Source: Dehalococcoidia bacterium (GTDB lineage Bacteria; Chloroflexota; Dehalococcoidia; GIF9; UBA5629). Taken from it: a stretch of 64,000 nt of DNA. The notes under the pieces are model-generated. The model was given only the letters and a program-made list of their open reading frames with translations, had not been told where the DNA came from and searched no databases. The position numbers were made by a program, and so were the translations under genes. The stretch is from positions 64,001 through 128,000 of the forward strand of contig JBEKIW010000003.1 in the NCBI GenBank assembly GCA_050011565.1, given 5' to 3'. This document shows, piece after piece, positions 1 through 12,569 of this stretch (the stretch's first letter is position 1; every line of letters starts with the position of its first letter).

Positions 1-118
1 GGCACTGCTGGAGCGAAAGATAAGACAGGATGAGCACAAACCGCTAAATTTATACCGAAAATCCGCTCGCTGATTTTTGACAGGCCCGCCAAGACCGACT
101 AGCAAGAAAAGCGATACT

Positions 119-562
119 CTATCTCCAAAAGCCGCGTTTCAATTGCCTGGCTTCTTTTTCCATTGCCTCTCAATAAACCTGATATTTAATATCAGGTGGA
201 TATACCATCGCCCAGGCACAACCCTGCCTCACCATCTCAGCATTGATAAATGTATCGCCAACGAAGACGTAGCGCAGTAATCTTCCATATTTGTCTTTGT
301 CCGTAATATCGCTTTCCAGCCTGACTTCCTGGCCGCCGACCAGGTCTGTATTCATCTGCGTAGCCTCTGAATAATAGAATTCATCCGTCTCAGGCGAGTC
401 GATACCTATGTAGCGCACGTGATAACCACCCTCAATAACTATGGTATCGCCGTCGATAACTCTGACCACCGTTACGGTTTCAGAGGGCTGCTTGCAGGCT
501 AATGGCAGCAATAACAGGACTGAAAGGAACAGGACCGTTAAACTGTTTCTAAAGCTAATCAC
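119..562 (-). pseudogene. Thermonuclease (SNase-like) lipoprotein with an in-frame TGA at 172-170
   Basis: Motifs VVRVIDGDTI, VRYIGIDSPE, DKYGRLLRYV and NAEMVRQG; lipobox-like LPLAC. After TGA the same frame continues EAMEKEARQLKRGFWR-TAG(119), resembling the SNase terminal helix. Start TTG565/GTG562 inferred. Confidence 0.75.
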
Positions 563-590
563 CAAAATATATATAAGCTGCCGGTAAGTT

Positions 591-1631
591 TCACCAGAGG
601 CTTGCCTGAGGTGATTGTCCCTTCTTGTATGCCACTCCCAGATGCTCGCAGGCAAGCCGGGTAGCTACTCTACCGCGAGGTGTGCGCTCCAGGAATCCCA
701 ATTGGAGAAGATAGGGCTCGTAAACATCCATAATAGTATCCGCTTCTTCGCTGATAGACGCGGCGATGGTCTCCAGCCCGACAGGCCCGCCATCGAATTT
801 TTCAATTATAGTGCGCATAACCTTATGGTCTATCTCATCCAGTCCGATAGGGTCTATCTCCAGTTTGGAAAGCGCCTCAATGGCAACAGATTCGGTAATT
901 ACACCGTCTGCCTTTACCTGGGCATAGTCTCTCACTCGTTTAAGCAGCCTGTTAGCTACGCGCGGTGTTCCTCGTGCCCGGCAGGCAATCTGGCTGATGC
1001 CAGGCTCATCAATGACTATCTTAAGTATGGCGGCTGAACGTTTTAAGATAGCCTCTATAGCCGGCTCATCGTAGAAATCAAGGCGGTAAACGGCCCCGAA
1101 CCTGTCCCTCAGCGGCGGACTCAGCAGTGCAAAGCGTGTGGTCGCTCCAATTAAAGTGAAACGAGGCAGGCTTAAACGTAAACTCCTGGCACCCGGTCCT
1201 TTACCGAGAATAATGTCAATGGCAAAATCTTCCATGGCCGGATAAAGTATCTCTTCTACCGGGCGGCTGAGTCGGTGTATCTCGTCAATAAAAAAACCAT
1301 CGTTTTTTTGGAGATTAGTCAGTATAGATGCCAGGTCGCCGGGACGCTCTATTGCCGGGCCGGAGCTTATCCTGATGTTGACGCCCATTTCGGCGGCGAT
1401 GATGAAGGCTAATGTGGTTTTTCCTAAACCCGGCGGCCCATAAAGAAGGACATGGTCCAAAGGCTCTCCACGTTTCTTAGCTGCGGCAATCGCTATCTCG
1501 AGATTACCCTTGACCTTTTCTTGCCCGATGAAATCGCTTAGACGCCTGGGACGAAGGTTAGTATCCAGGGAAACATCGTCAACGCTGGGCTTACCTGAAA
1601 CTATCCGTGTCTTTATTTCCTTCTCTTTCAT
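591..1631 (-). CDS. ruvB: Holliday junction branch migration helicase RuvB
   Basis: [12 protein letters not shown], Walker [29 protein letters not shown]-terminal TPRGR. Confidence 0.98.
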   Translation of the reverse strand: MKEKEIKTRIVSGKPSVDDVSLDTNLRPRRLSDFIGQEKVKGNLEIAIAAAKKRGEPLDHVLLYGPPGLGKTTLAFIIAAEMGVNIRISSGPAIERPGDLASILTNLQKNDGFFIDEIHRLSRPVEEILYPAMEDFAIDIILGKGPGARSLRLSLPRFTLIGATTRFALLSPPLRDRFGAVYRLDFYDEPAIEAILKRSAAILKIVIDEPGISQIACRARGTPRVANRLLKRVRDYAQVKADGVITESVAIEALSKLEIDPIGLDEIDHKVMRTIIEKFDGGPVGLETIAASISEEADTIMDVYEPYLLQLGFLERTPRGRVATRLACEHLGVAYKKGQSPQASLW

Positions 1632-1707
1632 CGCTCAGGAAGCCATCCAAAACTTAATTGAAATTATATCATATCGAGTTTCAGCAAACTAAAGAATGGC
1701 AACCAAT

Positions 1708-1738
1708 AAAAAAATCCTCGCCGGCCGACGAGGATTTT
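1708..1738 (-). terminator. Intrinsic terminator downstream of rpoC
   Basis: Minus strand reads AAAATCCTCGTCGGCCGGCGAGGATTTTTTT: hairpin followed by a U-tract. Confidence 0.8.
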
Positions 1739-1792
1739 CCATATAACAAGAACTGTAATTTAATTTTCGCTATGCCCGGCCTCTGGCTCAGG

Positions 1793-4700
1793 CTACGGTA
1801 CGGTTTCAGTAGCTACCGGGGACTCCGCCTCAGGCAATAGTCCGGTTTCAGTAGCTACCGGAGCCTCCATCCCCAGAGGTGCCGGTTCACCTGCCCCGAG
1901 CTCCTCAGCCGCAGGCAAATCTTGATATGGAATAAGCTTACCAATGATTACGTTTTCCTTAAGCCCGAGGAGTTTGTCTGTCCTGCCCCAAATTGAGGCT
2001 TCGGTCAGTACTCTTGTAGTCTCCTGGAACGAAGCAGCGGCCAACCAGCTGCCTGTATTTAACGAACCCCGGGTAATCCCGAGAAGTACTGTTTGAGCCG
2101 TAGCCGGTTCTCCACCTTCAGCCAAAACCTTAGCATTTATGCTCTCATACTCGAAGCGGTCGACCAGGTCACCGGAAAGAAGCTCAGTGTCACCCGGTGA
2201 TTCGACACGGACTCGCCTGAGCATCTGGCGGGCAATGATTTCAATGTGTTTATCATTAATGTTCACGCCCTGCGAGCGGTAGACTTTCTGTACCTCTTCA
2301 ACTAAATACTGCTGCACAGCCTCTCTACCCATGATGCGCAGAATATCCTGAGGATCAACGGCACCATCGATTAACTGGTCTCCGGCTTTCACTCTGTCTC
2401 CGTTCTTAATGCGTATGTGGCCTCCAGATGGAATTATGTACTCACGCTCTTCGACCTCTTCATATTTAATGTAGAGATGCCCGTCCTCAATAACTACATT
2501 GCCAGCAACTCTAGCTATCATGGGATGCTCTTCCTTCACCACCAGCTTCTTGCTTCGAGACCGCTTCTTAGGGGCGGCTACAGTAGCTAGTATCGTTCCC
2601 GCTTCAACCAATTGGCCGTTACTGACAACTATTTCCGAGCCCGATGGCAACATATACTCATCCAGATATGACTCGGAACTGGTAATTCTTATTTTTCGCA
2701 CATCTTGAGTCTCACTTACATCGGCAATGCCATCTATTTCAGAAAGTACCGCAAGCCCTTTGGGTACCCTGGCTTCAAACAATTCCTCTACCCTTGGCAA
2801 ACCACTGGTGATATCAGCCCCAACCACACCTCCGGTATGGAAGGTGCGCAACGTAAGCTGAGTGCCAGGCTCGCCAATACTTTGTGCGGCAATAATGCCT
2901 ACAGCCGTGCCATTTTCTACCAGCCCTCTTCGGCCAAGGTCACGTCCATAACAGTTTCTGCAGATACCGCGACGGGAATGGCAAGTAAGCGGCGACCTCA
3001 CAAACGCCTGAGTGATACCGGCGTCTTTAATTCGGGCTGCTTTTTCCTCATCAATTTCCTCATTTGTATGGACAATTATCTCCCCGGTTTTCGGGTCAGC
3101 GATGTCGGCAGCCGCCAGACGTCCCAGCAATCGCTCATCAAGAGACGCCAACAACCCTTTCTCCTCCGTCTCAAACAGCCAGATACCCTCTTCGGTACCG
3201 CAGTCCTCTTCAAATACAATCAAGTCCTGGGCAACATCAATAAGACGCCGGGTAAGATAACCGGCATCTGAAGTCCTTAAAGCTGTGTCAGCCAGTCCTT
3301 TTCGAGCTCCGTGGGTGGATATGAAATATTCCATTACCGAGAGCCCTTCACGGAAACTTGCCTTGATAGGGTATTCGATTATTCTCCCTGACGGGTCGGT
3401 CATCAATCCTCGCATGCCGGCCATTTGCCTTATCTGGGAAATATTACCTTTCGCACCCGAGGTCGCCATCATATAGACGCCGCCATAGCGGTCCAATGAT
3501 TGCGAAATCGTTTCCGTGATTTTATCGGTAGTCTCTGTCCAGACCTCGATGGCACTGCTATAACGTTCGTCCTCAGTTATCAACCCCCGGTTAAACTGGC
3601 TTTCGATAACAGCTATTTTTTCATCGCCCTCTTCAAGCAGCTTTGCCTTATTGCGAGGCACCTCGATATCTTTAGCGGCGATGGTAGTACCCGACTTGGT
3701 AGCATATTCAAAGCCAAGCCGTTTGAGACTATCGAGCATTTCAACAGTAGGGGCACCACCTAATGAGCGGTAGCAGTCTGCCACCAAATTCTTCAGAGCA
3801 GCTTTGTCCATTACTTTATTTAAAAATCGAAATTCAGGAGGTAATACTTCATTGAACAAAATGCGGCCAACACTTGTCTTCAACTTCTGGCCGTCACCTG
3901 CCTCGCTCCTGACGTTTATTTCAGCGCCTAAGTTGACTGCCCCTAGATCATAGGCAAGTTTAGCTTCTTCGAAATCGTAAAAAACCATCCCCTCACCCTT
4001 GGCACCGGGCCTGATATTGGTGAGATAATAGAGGCCCAGGACCATGTCCAGAGTCGGCGTCATTACCGGCTCTCCGCAACTGGGCAATAGCATGTTGTAG
4101 ACACTGAGCATCTTCTCTCTGGCTTCTCTCACTGCAGCCCGGGCAAGTGGCACATGGACGGCCATCTGGTCTCCATCGAAGTCGGCATTGAAAGCAGTAC
4201 ATACCAGAGGATGAATCTGAATGGCACTGCCGTCAATAAGTACCGGCTCAAAAGCCTGGACACTTAAGCGATGCAATGTAGGAGCCCGGTTAAGCAATAC
4301 CGGCCGCTCCTTGACCACTTCCGCCAGAATATCCCACACCTCGGGCCTCGCTTTTTCTACCTGTCTTCTGGCGCTCTTTATATTATGGGCAAAACCCTGC
4401 TCGATTAACCGGCGCATAACAAAAGGCTTGAACAATTCCAAGGCCATGTGCTTGGGCAAACCACACTGGTGGAGTTTCAATTCGGGGCCAACAACGATGA
4501 CTGAACGACCACTGTAATCCACTCGTTTGCCTAAAAGGTTCTGGCGGAAACGGCCTTGCTTACCTCTAAGCATGTCTGACAGTGATTTCAATTTATGAGC
4601 ACCGCTAACCATGGGCGCCCGCCCTTTTCGCCCGCTGTCGATAAGCGCATCAACAGCTTCTTGAAGCATGCGCTTTTCGTTGCGGATAATTATCTCCGGA

Positions 4701-5746
4701 GCTCCTAAATCAATCAGTCGCCTCAGGCGATTATTGCGATTGATGACGCGACGGTAAAGGTCGTTTAGGTCACTGGTGGCAAATCTGCCTCCGTCCAGTT
4801 GGACGATGGGTCGAAGCTCGGGAGGCAATACCGGAAGCACAGTCAAAATCATCCATTCGGGCTTGTTACCGCTGCGCCAAAAGGCTTCAACCACTCGCAG
4901 TCGTTTGCTGGCCTTCTTGCGACGCTGACCCGAGCTGGAACGGACCTCTTCAATCAGGTCATGACGCAGTTTCTCAAGGTCAATGCCTTTGAGAACGTCC
5001 AGTATGGCTTCCGCCCCCATGCTAACTGTGAAAAAGTCGCCGAACTCTTGCCTTAATGCTTGATATTGGTTTTCAGCCAGAAGCCTTAACTCGCGGACAT
5101 TCTCCAACTCCGAGATTCTATCGTGGTACTCGTTTTCAAGTTCAGCTCTTTTATCACCAACTTCGCGACGTAGTTGATTTATATTCTCAATAGCTTTCTG
5201 GTCTGGAGCTGACTCACCTTTTCCCTCTATCTTGGCAATGTTCTTCTCCAGTAGATGCTCTTGTTCCCCAACTAGCTGAGATAACCTCTCTTTGAGTCTT
5301 TTAATCTGCTCGTCACGAATTGAAGCATCGACTGTGGTAATAATATATTGTGCAAAATAAAGTACTCTTTCCAGGTTGCGAGGGGAAACATCAAGAAGCA
5401 ATGCCAGACGGCTGGGCACTCCTTTGGCAAACCAAATGTGGGCTACCGGAGCCGCTAATTCAATATGGCCCATACGCGTCCGGCGTACCCTAGAATGCTC
5501 CACCGTGACTCCGCATCTGTCACAGGTAACGCCACGATAGCGTATTTTCTTATATTTACCGCAATAACATTCGTAATTCTTAGTTGGCCCGAAGATTCTT
5601 TCGCAGAATAGCCCGTCTTTTTCTGGCTTTAGAGTTCGATAATTTATCGTCTCCGGCTCATTTACCTCACCGTATGACCAGCTTTTAACCTGTTCTGGCG
5701 AAGCCAGCGAAATCCGGATGGCATTAAAATCATTAACCTCAGTCAT
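1793..5746 (-). CDS. rpoC: DNA-directed RNA polymerase subunit beta'
   Basis: [12 protein letters not shown] catalytic motif, Zn finger CYCGKYK...[20 protein letters not shown]. Confidence 0.99.
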   Translation of the reverse strand: MTEVNDFNAIRISLASPEQVKSWSYGEVNEPETINYRTLKPEKDGLFCERIFGPTKNYECYCGKYKKIRYRGVTCDRCGVTVEHSRVRRTRMGHIELAAPVAHIWFAKGVPSRLALLLDVSPRNLERVLYFAQYIITTVDASIRDEQIKRLKERLSQLVGEQEHLLEKNIAKIEGKGESAPDQKAIENINQLRREVGDKRAELENEYHDRISELENVRELRLLAENQYQALRQEFGDFFTVSMGAEAILDVLKGIDLEKLRHDLIEEVRSSSGQRRKKASKRLRVVEAFWRSGNKPEWMILTVLPVLPPELRPIVQLDGGRFATSDLNDLYRRVINRNNRLRRLIDLGAPEIIIRNEKRMLQEAVDALIDSGRKGRAPMVSGAHKLKSLSDMLRGKQGRFRQNLLGKRVDYSGRSVIVVGPELKLHQCGLPKHMALELFKPFVMRRLIEQGFAHNIKSARRQVEKARPEVWDILAEVVKERPVLLNRAPTLHRLSVQAFEPVLIDGSAIQIHPLVCTAFNADFDGDQMAVHVPLARAAVREAREKMLSVYNMLLPSCGEPVMTPTLDMVLGLYYLTNIRPGAKGEGMVFYDFEEAKLAYDLGAVNLGAEINVRSEAGDGQKLKTSVGRILFNEVLPPEFRFLNKVMDKAALKNLVADCYRSLGGAPTVEMLDSLKRLGFEYATKSGTTIAAKDIEVPRNKAKLLEEGDEKIAVIESQFNRGLITEDERYSSAIEVWTETTDKITETISQSLDRYGGVYMMATSGAKGNISQIRQMAGMRGLMTDPSGRIIEYPIKASFREGLSVMEYFISTHGARKGLADTALRTSDAGYLTRRLIDVAQDLIVFEEDCGTEEGIWLFETEEKGLLASLDERLLGRLAAADIADPKTGEIIVHTNEEIDEEKAARIKDAGITQAFVRSPLTCHSRRGICRNCYGRDLGRRGLVENGTAVGIIAAQSIGEPGTQLTLRTFHTGGVVGADITSGLPRVEELFEARVPKGLAVLSEIDGIADVSETQDVRKIRITSSESYLDEYMLPSGSEIVVSNGQLVEAGTILATVAAPKKRSRSKKLVVKEEHPMIARVAGNVVIEDGHLYIKYEEVEEREYIIPSGGHIRIKNGDRVKAGDQLIDGAVDPQDILRIMGREAVQQYLVEEVQKVYRSQGVNINDKHIEIIARQMLRRVRVESPGDTELLSGDLVDRFEYESINAKVLAEGGEPATAQTVLLGITRGSLNTGSWLAAASFQETTRVLTEASIWGRTDKLLGLKENVIIGKLIPYQDLPAAEELGAGEPAPLGMEAPVATETGLLPEAESPVATETVP
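1802..1861. repeat. 18-nt direct repeat (GGTTTCAGTAGCTACCGG x2) in the rpoC acidic tail
   Basis: Encodes PVATET twice at the RpoC C-terminus. Confidence 0.7.
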
Positions 5747-5755
5747 CTGTCTCCT

Positions 5756-8700
5756 TTAACTTAAACCTTTGAGCTTAGTCCCGATTTTCTTGCGCTCTTC
5801 GAGGAAACTTACCATTTCCTCCTCTTCGTTAAGTAGCTCAATCGCAAGACCTAAGCTACGCAATTCCATAAATAAAACCTTAAAGGACTCAGGAACACCC
5901 GGTTGGAATATATCCTCGCCTTTAACCAGCGACTCATACGCCTTAGCCCTGCCGGCTACATCGTCCGACTTAACAGTGAGCAGTTCCTGAAGCGTGTGGC
6001 TGGCGCCATAGGCTTCCAATGCCCAAACCTCCATCTCACCGAACCGCTGGCCGCCAAACTGAGCCTTTCCGCCAAGGGGTTGCTGCGTGATTAGAGAATA
6101 AGGACCGGTAGACCGGGCATGTACTTTATCCTCGACAAGATGAATAAGCTTCATCATGTAAATACTGCCTACTGTCACCGGCTGGTCGAATTGTTCGCCA
6201 GTTCGCCCATCACAAAGGATAACCTTACCGAACACCGGCGGTGATTGCTTCTGTTCGACATAAGCTTTTTCCACAAGCTCGGCCACTTGGTCATCTTTAA
6301 GACCATAAACTTTTACACCCAGTGTCTCAAGCCACAGGCGGAGACAAACTCTCTTCGCTTCGCCTGGATATCCATCATCAAATACTTTCGCCGCGTTGTA
6401 ACCATTATCGGCGAGCCATGTCTTAGCCTGGTCAAGCTTAACAGAGGTAAGGTCATCTCGACCCAGCGGATTTATTGTTCCTGCCTGCTGGACTATCCAT
6501 GCCCTAGCTAAAGCATCTTCAATATTAACATCATTAGCCCCGTCGAAAATCGGGTTTAGCACTTTAAGCCCCAGTGTTTCTGCAGCCCAACCTAAATGAG
6601 TCTCTAAGATTTGCCCGATATTCATGCGGGACGGGACACCGATAGGATTTAGAATTATATCTACCGGCCTACCATCAGGCAGATAAGGCAGGTCTTCCTC
6701 GGGCAAGATACAGGAAATTACACCTTTATTACCATGCCGGCCAGCCATTTTGTCCCCTACGGAGATTTTTCTCTTCTGAGCCACCCATACCCGCACCAGA
6801 GAATGAACCCCCGCCGGTAAATCGCTATTATTATTACGAGTAAAAATCTTAACTTCGATAACCTTCCCACACTCGCCATGTGGCACTCTTAAAGAGCTGT
6901 CTTTAACCTCGCGTGCCTTCTCACCAAAAATAGCTCGCAGCAATTTTTCTTCAGCAGTTAATTCTGTTTCACCTTTCGGACTGATTTTACCCACCAAAAT
7001 GGAGCCCGGCCCAACTTCAGCACCCACTCGGATGATACCGGTCTCATCCAAATCGCGCAAACTCTCTTCGCCTACATTGGGTATGTCTCTGGTAATCTCC
7101 TCCGTGCCCAGTTTCGTCTCGCGGGCTTCTATTTCATACTTCTCGATATGTATCGAGGTGAATCTATCATTCTTGACCAATCTGTCACTAATGATGATAG
7201 CATCCTCAAAGTTATATCCCCGCCAGCTCATGAAGGCGCACAGGATATTCTGCCCCAAGGCAAGCTCACCATGGTCTGTCGCTGAACCATCAGCGATAAC
7301 TTGTCCCTTTTTGACTTTATCGCCTTTGGACACAATGGCACGCTGATTGACACACGTCCCCTGATTAGTCCGAACGAATTTCATCAGCGGGTAGTCATGC
7401 TCATTCCCGTCCTCTTCGGCAATAGTGATTTGTTTACTGTCCACCGCAACGACTTCACCGTCGTCCCTGGCAAAAACAACCTGCCCGCTGTATTTAGCCA
7501 CTTCCTTTTCCATTCCCGTAGCTATCAATGGCGCTTCAGGACGAAGCAAAGGAACAGCCTGACGTTGCATGTTTGAGCCCATCAAGGCCCTGTTAGCATC
7601 ATCATGCTCCAAGAAAGGTATCAGAGATGTGGTAACGCTGAAAACCTGCTTCGGTGACACGTCCATGAAATCTATCTCATCTGCAGGCTCTTTGAGATAC
7701 TTACCACCCCTTATAACCCCAATCCTATCTTCAACGAATTCGTTTCTCTGGTTAAGAAGAGCGTTGGCTTGAGCAATTGTATATCGCTCTTCCTCGTCAG
7801 CAGTCAGATATTCAATCTGGTCCGAAACAAAAGGAACAACTTTTATATTGCGAGAGTGTAGAGAGGCTATCTTCTTGGCAATCTCTTTGGTGATTGGGTT
7901 TCTTTTGGAAATAATAACCTTACCGCCGGAGGTAGCTACATCCTCTAAAACAGTCCTATTAAGCAGGTTCTCAATAGTATTCGAAACCTCATGAATAACC
8001 TTGCGGTAGGGCGTCTGTATAAAGCCATAATCATTAATTGATGCATAAGTAGCTAAAGACCCGATGAGACCGATATTCGGCCCTTCCGGAGTCTCAATAG
8101 GACAGATTTTTCCGTAGTGAGAATGATGAACGTCTCGAACATCAAATCCGGCACGCTCACGTGAGAGACCACCTGGTCCCATTGCTGAAAGGCGACGTTT
8201 ATGAGTTAGTTCAGCCAGGGGATTTGTTTGGTCCATGAATTGTGAGAGCTGTGAGCCTCCGAAAAACTCCCTCATAGCAGCCACCACAGGGCGGTTGTTA
8301 ATTAAAGTAGACGGCACGGCAGCTTCCGGGCCAACAATGCTCATACGTTCCTTAATCGTTCTCTCTAAACGCAGTATGCCAATTCGAAACTGGTTTTGTA
8401 TGAGATGCCCCGCAGTCCGCACCCGCCGATTACGCAAGTGGTCGATATCATCCGGCTCTTCCCTTCCATTATTTATCTTGATAATGCGTCTCACTATTTC
8501 TATAAAATCTTCTTTGGTTAAACAGCGGCGGCTTTCATCGATACTAAGACCGAGCCTCTGGTTGAGCTTATACCGTCCCACCCTGCCCAGGTCATAGCGC
8601 CTGGGATTAAAGAAAAGGTTATTCAGGAGATTCTGCGCATTGTCAACGGTGGGAGGTTCACCGGGGCGCAATCGTTTATAGATATCCACCAGAGCCTCTT

Positions 8701-9427
8701 GCTTGGTCTTGACGGAAGGCTCTCGCTCTATTGTAGTTTGTATAAAGTTATGCTCAGACGACGTTTCCACGTCCTGGAAATAACCAAGTAGTTCATTATC
8801 ATTATCATAGCCGATGGCGCGTAGCAAAATCGCCACGGGAATTTTCCTCTTGCCATCTACTTTAACAAATATCACATCCCTGTTGGACGTCTCAAACTCC
8901 AGCCAGGCACCGTGTTCAGGTATCAACTTTGCAGCGCATAACTCGCGACCGCTAGCCGCATCCTCCTGCAGGCTAAAATAGATACCCGGGGAACGAAGCA
9001 GTTGATTAACTACTACTCTTTCCGCACCGCTGATAATAAAGGTGCCCTTATCGGTCATAAGCGGAAAATCTCCGAAAAATATCTCCTGCTCCGGAATCGG
9101 CTCCCGGGGTTCTTTGACTATCAACCTGGCTCTGACATAGAGCGGAGCTGCGTACGTCATATCACGCTGACGACATTGGTCTATGGTGTACTGAGGTTCG
9201 CGAAACTCATAGCCAACGAAGTGCAACTCTATCCGTGTACCGGTGAAGTCATGGATGGGGGAAACTTCTTCGAAAAGCTCCTTCAACCCCTCTTCCTGAA
9301 ACCAACGAAAGGAATCAAGCTGGACCTTAATTAGATTGGGAATCTCCAGGACTGTAGGTAGTTTAGCAAACGATACTCTCTGTTCCGAATCAGTGTTCTG
9401 TTTTTTAGACGCTAATGAAATAGACAT
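5756..9427 (-). CDS. rpoB: DNA-directed RNA polymerase subunit beta
   Basis: [40 protein letters not shown]. Confidence 0.99.
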   Translation of the reverse strand: MSISLASKKQNTDSEQRVSFAKLPTVLEIPNLIKVQLDSFRWFQEEGLKELFEEVSPIHDFTGTRIELHFVGYEFREPQYTIDQCRQRDMTYAAPLYVRARLIVKEPREPIPEQEIFFGDFPLMTDKGTFIISGAERVVVNQLLRSPGIYFSLQEDAASGRELCAAKLIPEHGAWLEFETSNRDVIFVKVDGKRKIPVAILLRAIGYDNDNELLGYFQDVETSSEHNFIQTTIEREPSVKTKQEALVDIYKRLRPGEPPTVDNAQNLLNNLFFNPRRYDLGRVGRYKLNQRLGLSIDESRRCLTKEDFIEIVRRIIKINNGREEPDDIDHLRNRRVRTAGHLIQNQFRIGILRLERTIKERMSIVGPEAAVPSTLINNRPVVAAMREFFGGSQLSQFMDQTNPLAELTHKRRLSAMGPGGLSRERAGFDVRDVHHSHYGKICPIETPEGPNIGLIGSLATYASINDYGFIQTPYRKVIHEVSNTIENLLNRTVLEDVATSGGKVIISKRNPITKEIAKKIASLHSRNIKVVPFVSDQIEYLTADEEERYTIAQANALLNQRNEFVEDRIGVIRGGKYLKEPADEIDFMDVSPKQVFSVTTSLIPFLEHDDANRALMGSNMQRQAVPLLRPEAPLIATGMEKEVAKYSGQVVFARDDGEVVAVDSKQITIAEEDGNEHDYPLMKFVRTNQGTCVNQRAIVSKGDKVKKGQVIADGSATDHGELALGQNILCAFMSWRGYNFEDAIIISDRLVKNDRFTSIHIEKYEIEARETKLGTEEITRDIPNVGEESLRDLDETGIIRVGAEVGPGSILVGKISPKGETELTAEEKLLRAIFGEKAREVKDSSLRVPHGECGKVIEVKIFTRNNNSDLPAGVHSLVRVWVAQKRKISVGDKMAGRHGNKGVISCILPEEDLPYLPDGRPVDIILNPIGVPSRMNIGQILETHLGWAAETLGLKVLNPIFDGANDVNIEDALARAWIVQQAGTINPLGRDDLTSVKLDQAKTWLADNGYNAAKVFDDGYPGEAKRVCLRLWLETLGVKVYGLKDDQVAELVEKAYVEQKQSPPVFGKVILCDGRTGEQFDQPVTVGSIYMMKLIHLVEDKVHARSTGPYSLITQQPLGGKAQFGGQRFGEMEVWALEAYGASHTLQELLTVKSDDVAGRAKAYESLVKGEDIFQPGVPESFKVLFMELRSLGLAIELLNEEEEMVSFLEERKKIGTKLKGLS

Positions 9428-9562
9428 AACTCTCCCATCAGAAAATTAAGACACATGTCTCAACAGTGGTTCTTTAACCAAGCGTTAGATTGTAATTAAG
9501 AGTAGTAATGGGGAAAAGAATTACTAAGAAGTCAATACGGCATTTCAATGCAGTAAACATAC

Positions 9563-9591
9563 AGTTTACTACTATTTCTTATTTTTGTCAA
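9563..9591 (-). promoter_or_regulatory. sigma70-type promoter of rpoBC
   Basis: TTGACA-17 nt-TAAACT on the minus strand, about 135 nt upstream of the rpoB ATG. Confidence 0.65.
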
Positions 9592-9654
9592 GGGGTTTTA
9601 AACATTTCTAACTAAAAATTAGAAATATTTTCTGTTAAAAACCTACCGGCCAAA

Positions 9655-9683
9655 TTGCTTTAGCTTCAAATATCGACTACAAT
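9655..9683 (+). promoter_or_regulatory. sigma70-type promoter of the MoxR/VWA operon
   Basis: TTGCTT-17 nt-TACAAT, followed by GGAGG before ATG 9726. Confidence 0.55.
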
Positions 9684-9725
9684 TAGCGACGCTGGATAAG
9701 CTTTAATGGAGGCTAAATAAGTATA

Positions 9726-10583
9726 ATGGATAAAGATGGATTCGACAAATTTAAAGGCTCGCCAGATTACGTTACTTCCGAAGCTCTAAGAAATGCGGTT
9801 AACGTAGCCGTTGCCTTGAAGAGGCCTTTATTAGTTAGAGGCGAACCTGGAACAGGAAAAACACTCCTGTCCCATAGCGTCGCTAAAGGTCTGGGCAAGA
9901 AGTTAATCGTCTGGAACATAAAATCAACTACCAAAGCCCAGGAAGGCCTGTATGTTTATGATACTGTCCAAAGGCTAAACGACAGCCGCTTTGGTGATAA
10001 AAATATTTCCGATATTAGTCAATATATAAAGCTGGGTAAATTGGGAGAGGCCTTTGCCTCCAAGGAAGAGCTTGTGCTCCTCATTGATGAGGTAGATAAA
10101 GCCGACCTCGAATTTCCCAATGACCTCCTCAACGAGCTCGATGAGATGAGCTTCTATATCCCGGAAACAGGTGAGACAATTGTGGCGGCACATAGACCCA
10201 TAGTAATCATAACCAGTAACGCCGAGAAGGAACTCCCCGATGCCTTTCTAAGACGCTGCATATTCCACTACATTGAATTCCCGGACCCTAATCTAATGGA
10301 GGAAATCGTAAGAGTGCATTTCCCCGACATCAGGAATAATTTACTTAGTCAGGCTTTGGCAACATTTTATTCACTGAGAAAAATCGATGATTTTCGTAAA
10401 AAACCTTCGACAAGCGAACTCATAGATTGGATTCGCGTTCTTATAGCCAGCAGCACGCCGGATAAGGTGATAGCCAACGAGATTCCTTTCGCCGGCACTC
10501 TGTTGAAGAAAGAAACTGATTATGCTTACTTTGTAAATACCTTTACGAAGAAAAAACAGACCACAAAGACTCCAGACAACTAG
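9726..10583 (+). CDS. MoxR-family AAA+ ATPase
   Basis: RPLLVRGEPGTGKT, LLIDEVDKAD..FPNDLL, ITSNAEKELPDAFLRRC, KKPSTSELIDW. Confidence 0.92.
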   Translation: MDKDGFDKFKGSPDYVTSEALRNAVNVAVALKRPLLVRGEPGTGKTLLSHSVAKGLGKKLIVWNIKSTTKAQEGLYVYDTVQRLNDSRFGDKNISDISQYIKLGKLGEAFASKEELVLLIDEVDKADLEFPNDLLNELDEMSFYIPETGETIVAAHRPIVIITSNAEKELPDAFLRRCIFHYIEFPDPNLMEEIVRVHFPDIRNNLLSQALATFYSLRKIDDFRKKPSTSELIDWIRVLIASSTPDKVIANEIPFAGTLLKKETDYAYFVNTFTKKKQTTKTPDN

Positions 10584-10613
10584 GATTCAATTCGCTGACA
10601 GGCGGTCACCTGC

Positions 10614-11783
10614 ATGTTCACCAGCTTTTTTTACACACTAAGAGAAAGAAAAGTACCGGTTTCAATCACGGAGTGGATGACCCTCATGGAGGCTCTATCC
10701 AGAGGTTATATTTCCAGTCTGAACGATTTCTATTATCTCGCACGAGCTATACTGGTCAAAAGCGAGGCTTACTTCGACCACTATGATGTTGCCTTCCAGG
10801 AGTATTTCAAAGGCATCAAAGGCCCGCTGGAAATCTCAGAGGAAATTCTCAACTGGCTCAGGGACCCTTTCAACAGGCTTCTCTTAACCGAAGAGGAGAG
10901 GGCATTGCTGGATAGAATGGATTTGGATGAATTACTTGAGGAGCTTGAGAAAAGACTTCGCGAACAGACAGAGCAACATGATGGAGGCGGCTACTGGATT
11001 GGCAGAGCGGGCACCTCACCTTTCGGACATTCCGGACAGCATCCCTCAGGTTTCAGGATTGGCGGCGGAGGTGGCGGCAGAAGTGCTATTCAAATCGCTG
11101 AGCAAAGGCAATTCCGTAACTACCGCCATGATGTCACGCTCGACATCCGCCAAATCGAAGTCGCCTTAAAAGGGCTGCGTCAATTCAATCGCACAGGACC
11201 GGAGGACGAGCTAGATTTGGACAAGACCATCGATGCTACCGCCAAGAACGCCGGTGACATAGAGATGATCTGGAGAAGAAGCAGAAAGAACAAGGTTAAA
11301 CTGCTTCTTCTTATGGATGTCGGAGGCTCGATGGACCCTTTCGCGCATTTATGCAGCCTGCTCTTCTCGGCGGCACATCGAAGTACGCACTTCAAGGATT
11401 TTCAATATTACTACTTCCACAACTGCGTCTATGACTATGTTTATAAAGACATTGAGCGCCGGGAAGCAATAACTATTGACCACTTGCTGCAGAATATGGA
11501 GCCGGATTACAAGCTGATATTGGTGGGAGATGCCTGGATGGCACCATCGGAGCTAAACAGCGTTTACGGGGCCATCTATTATTATGAACGAAATCGTAAG
11601 CCAGGAATAGTCCGGTTTAAACAAATCGCTGACCATTTCAGCCACTGCGTCTGGCTTAACCCTGAATCAACAACTTACTGGAACGAGCCTACCGTTATGA
11701 TGGTTAGAAAAATCTTCCCCATGTTTGAGCTGACCATCGAAGGTCTTCAGCAAGCCGTTAAAAAGTTAATAGTTAAGCGCTGA
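10614..11783 (+). CDS. VWA domain-containing protein (MoxR partner)
   Basis: MIDAS-like LMDVGGSM, YYFHNC, VGDAWMAP, WLNP; adjacent to the MoxR ATPase. Confidence 0.85.
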   Translation: MFTSFFYTLRERKVPVSITEWMTLMEALSRGYISSLNDFYYLARAILVKSEAYFDHYDVAFQEYFKGIKGPLEISEEILNWLRDPFNRLLLTEEERALLDRMDLDELLEELEKRLREQTEQHDGGGYWIGRAGTSPFGHSGQHPSGFRIGGGGGGRSAIQIAEQRQFRNYRHDVTLDIRQIEVALKGLRQFNRTGPEDELDLDKTIDATAKNAGDIEMIWRRSRKNKVKLLLLMDVGGSMDPFAHLCSLLFSAAHRSTHFKDFQYYYFHNCVYDYVYKDIERREAITIDHLLQNMEPDYKLILVGDAWMAPSELNSVYGAIYYYERNRKPGIVRFKQIADHFSHCVWLNPESTTYWNEPTVMMVRKIFPMFELTIEGLQQAVKKLIVKR

Positions 11784-11840
11784 TTGCCCCCGCTGCAGCA
11801 TATTTATTAACAAAAACCTTCATTACAGGCCTTTTTCTTC

Positions 11841-11869
11841 TGTCATTGCGAGCGAAGCGTGGCAATCTC
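11841..11869 (+). repeat. REP-like palindromic element (TGTCATTGCGAG...CGTGGCAATCTC family)
   Basis: TGTCATTGCGAGCGAAGCGTGGCAATCTC; same arms as 57757-57796. Confidence 0.75.
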
Positions 11870-11954
11870 TCCAAGTTTGTTCCACCCACCAATATAACGG
11901 CGACCTTATGGTTCACCTGTAGACAATAGGTAAAGTTGCGGGTATAATCACCCC

Positions 11955-12473
11955 GTGTCTCGGCAGCCCAGACTCTTGATAACCCAGGGAAGAATCAATG
12001 AGGCTATAGCCAAGCTAGCTGCTGAAATCAGGCGAGATTACCGGGGCAAGCAACCAGTTCTAATCGGTATACTTAAAGGTTCATTCGTTTTTATGGCTGA
12101 CCTGGTCCGTGAGCTTGGCCTGCCTGTGGAGGTGGACTTCGTTAAGCTTTCCAGCTACGGTGCAGGTACCAGAACTTCAGGCAAGGTAAAAGTGGTGCAC
12201 GGACTAAAGTCCCCAATAAAAGGCAGAGACGTGTTGATAGTAGAAGACATAGTTGATACCGGCCTGACCGTTTCTTTTCTAATGAGCTACTTACAGAATA
12301 AAAAGCCTGCCTCTTTAAAGCTCTGCGCCCTGGTTGACAAGCCGTCACAACATAAAGTTCCGGTGACCATCGACTACGTCGGTTTCACCGTGCCCGATAA
12401 GTTTGTAGTAGGCTACGGCATCGACTGGAATGAAAAATTTCGCCACCTTCGAGATATATGCATCATTGAGTAA
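11955..12473 (+). CDS. hpt: Hypoxanthine phosphoribosyltransferase
   Basis: ILKGSFVFMADL, PRPP motif VLIVEDIVDTGLT, FVVGYGID. Confidence 0.95.
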   Translation: MSRQPRLLITQGRINEAIAKLAAEIRRDYRGKQPVLIGILKGSFVFMADLVRELGLPVEVDFVKLSSYGAGTRTSGKVKVVHGLKSPIKGRDVLIVEDIVDTGLTVSFLMSYLQNKKPASLKLCALVDKPSQHKVPVTIDYVGFTVPDKFVVGYGIDWNEKFRHLRDICIIE

Positions 12474-12569
12474 GCATATTTGCTCACATTGGGCCAAGAG
12501 GTTTTCACCTCGCATGCAACCACTTTAATAGATAGAATTAGAATGTTATTTGCATCGGAGTAACAGAAT

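Noticed and set aside
1-73. Possible 3' end of a plus-strand gene (ALLERKIRQDEHKPLNLYRKSAR*)
   Set aside because: Too short to support or identify.
170-172. Selenocysteine codon in the thermonuclease
   Set aside because: The position is not a catalytic Cys in SNase proteins and no convincing SECIS hairpin follows.
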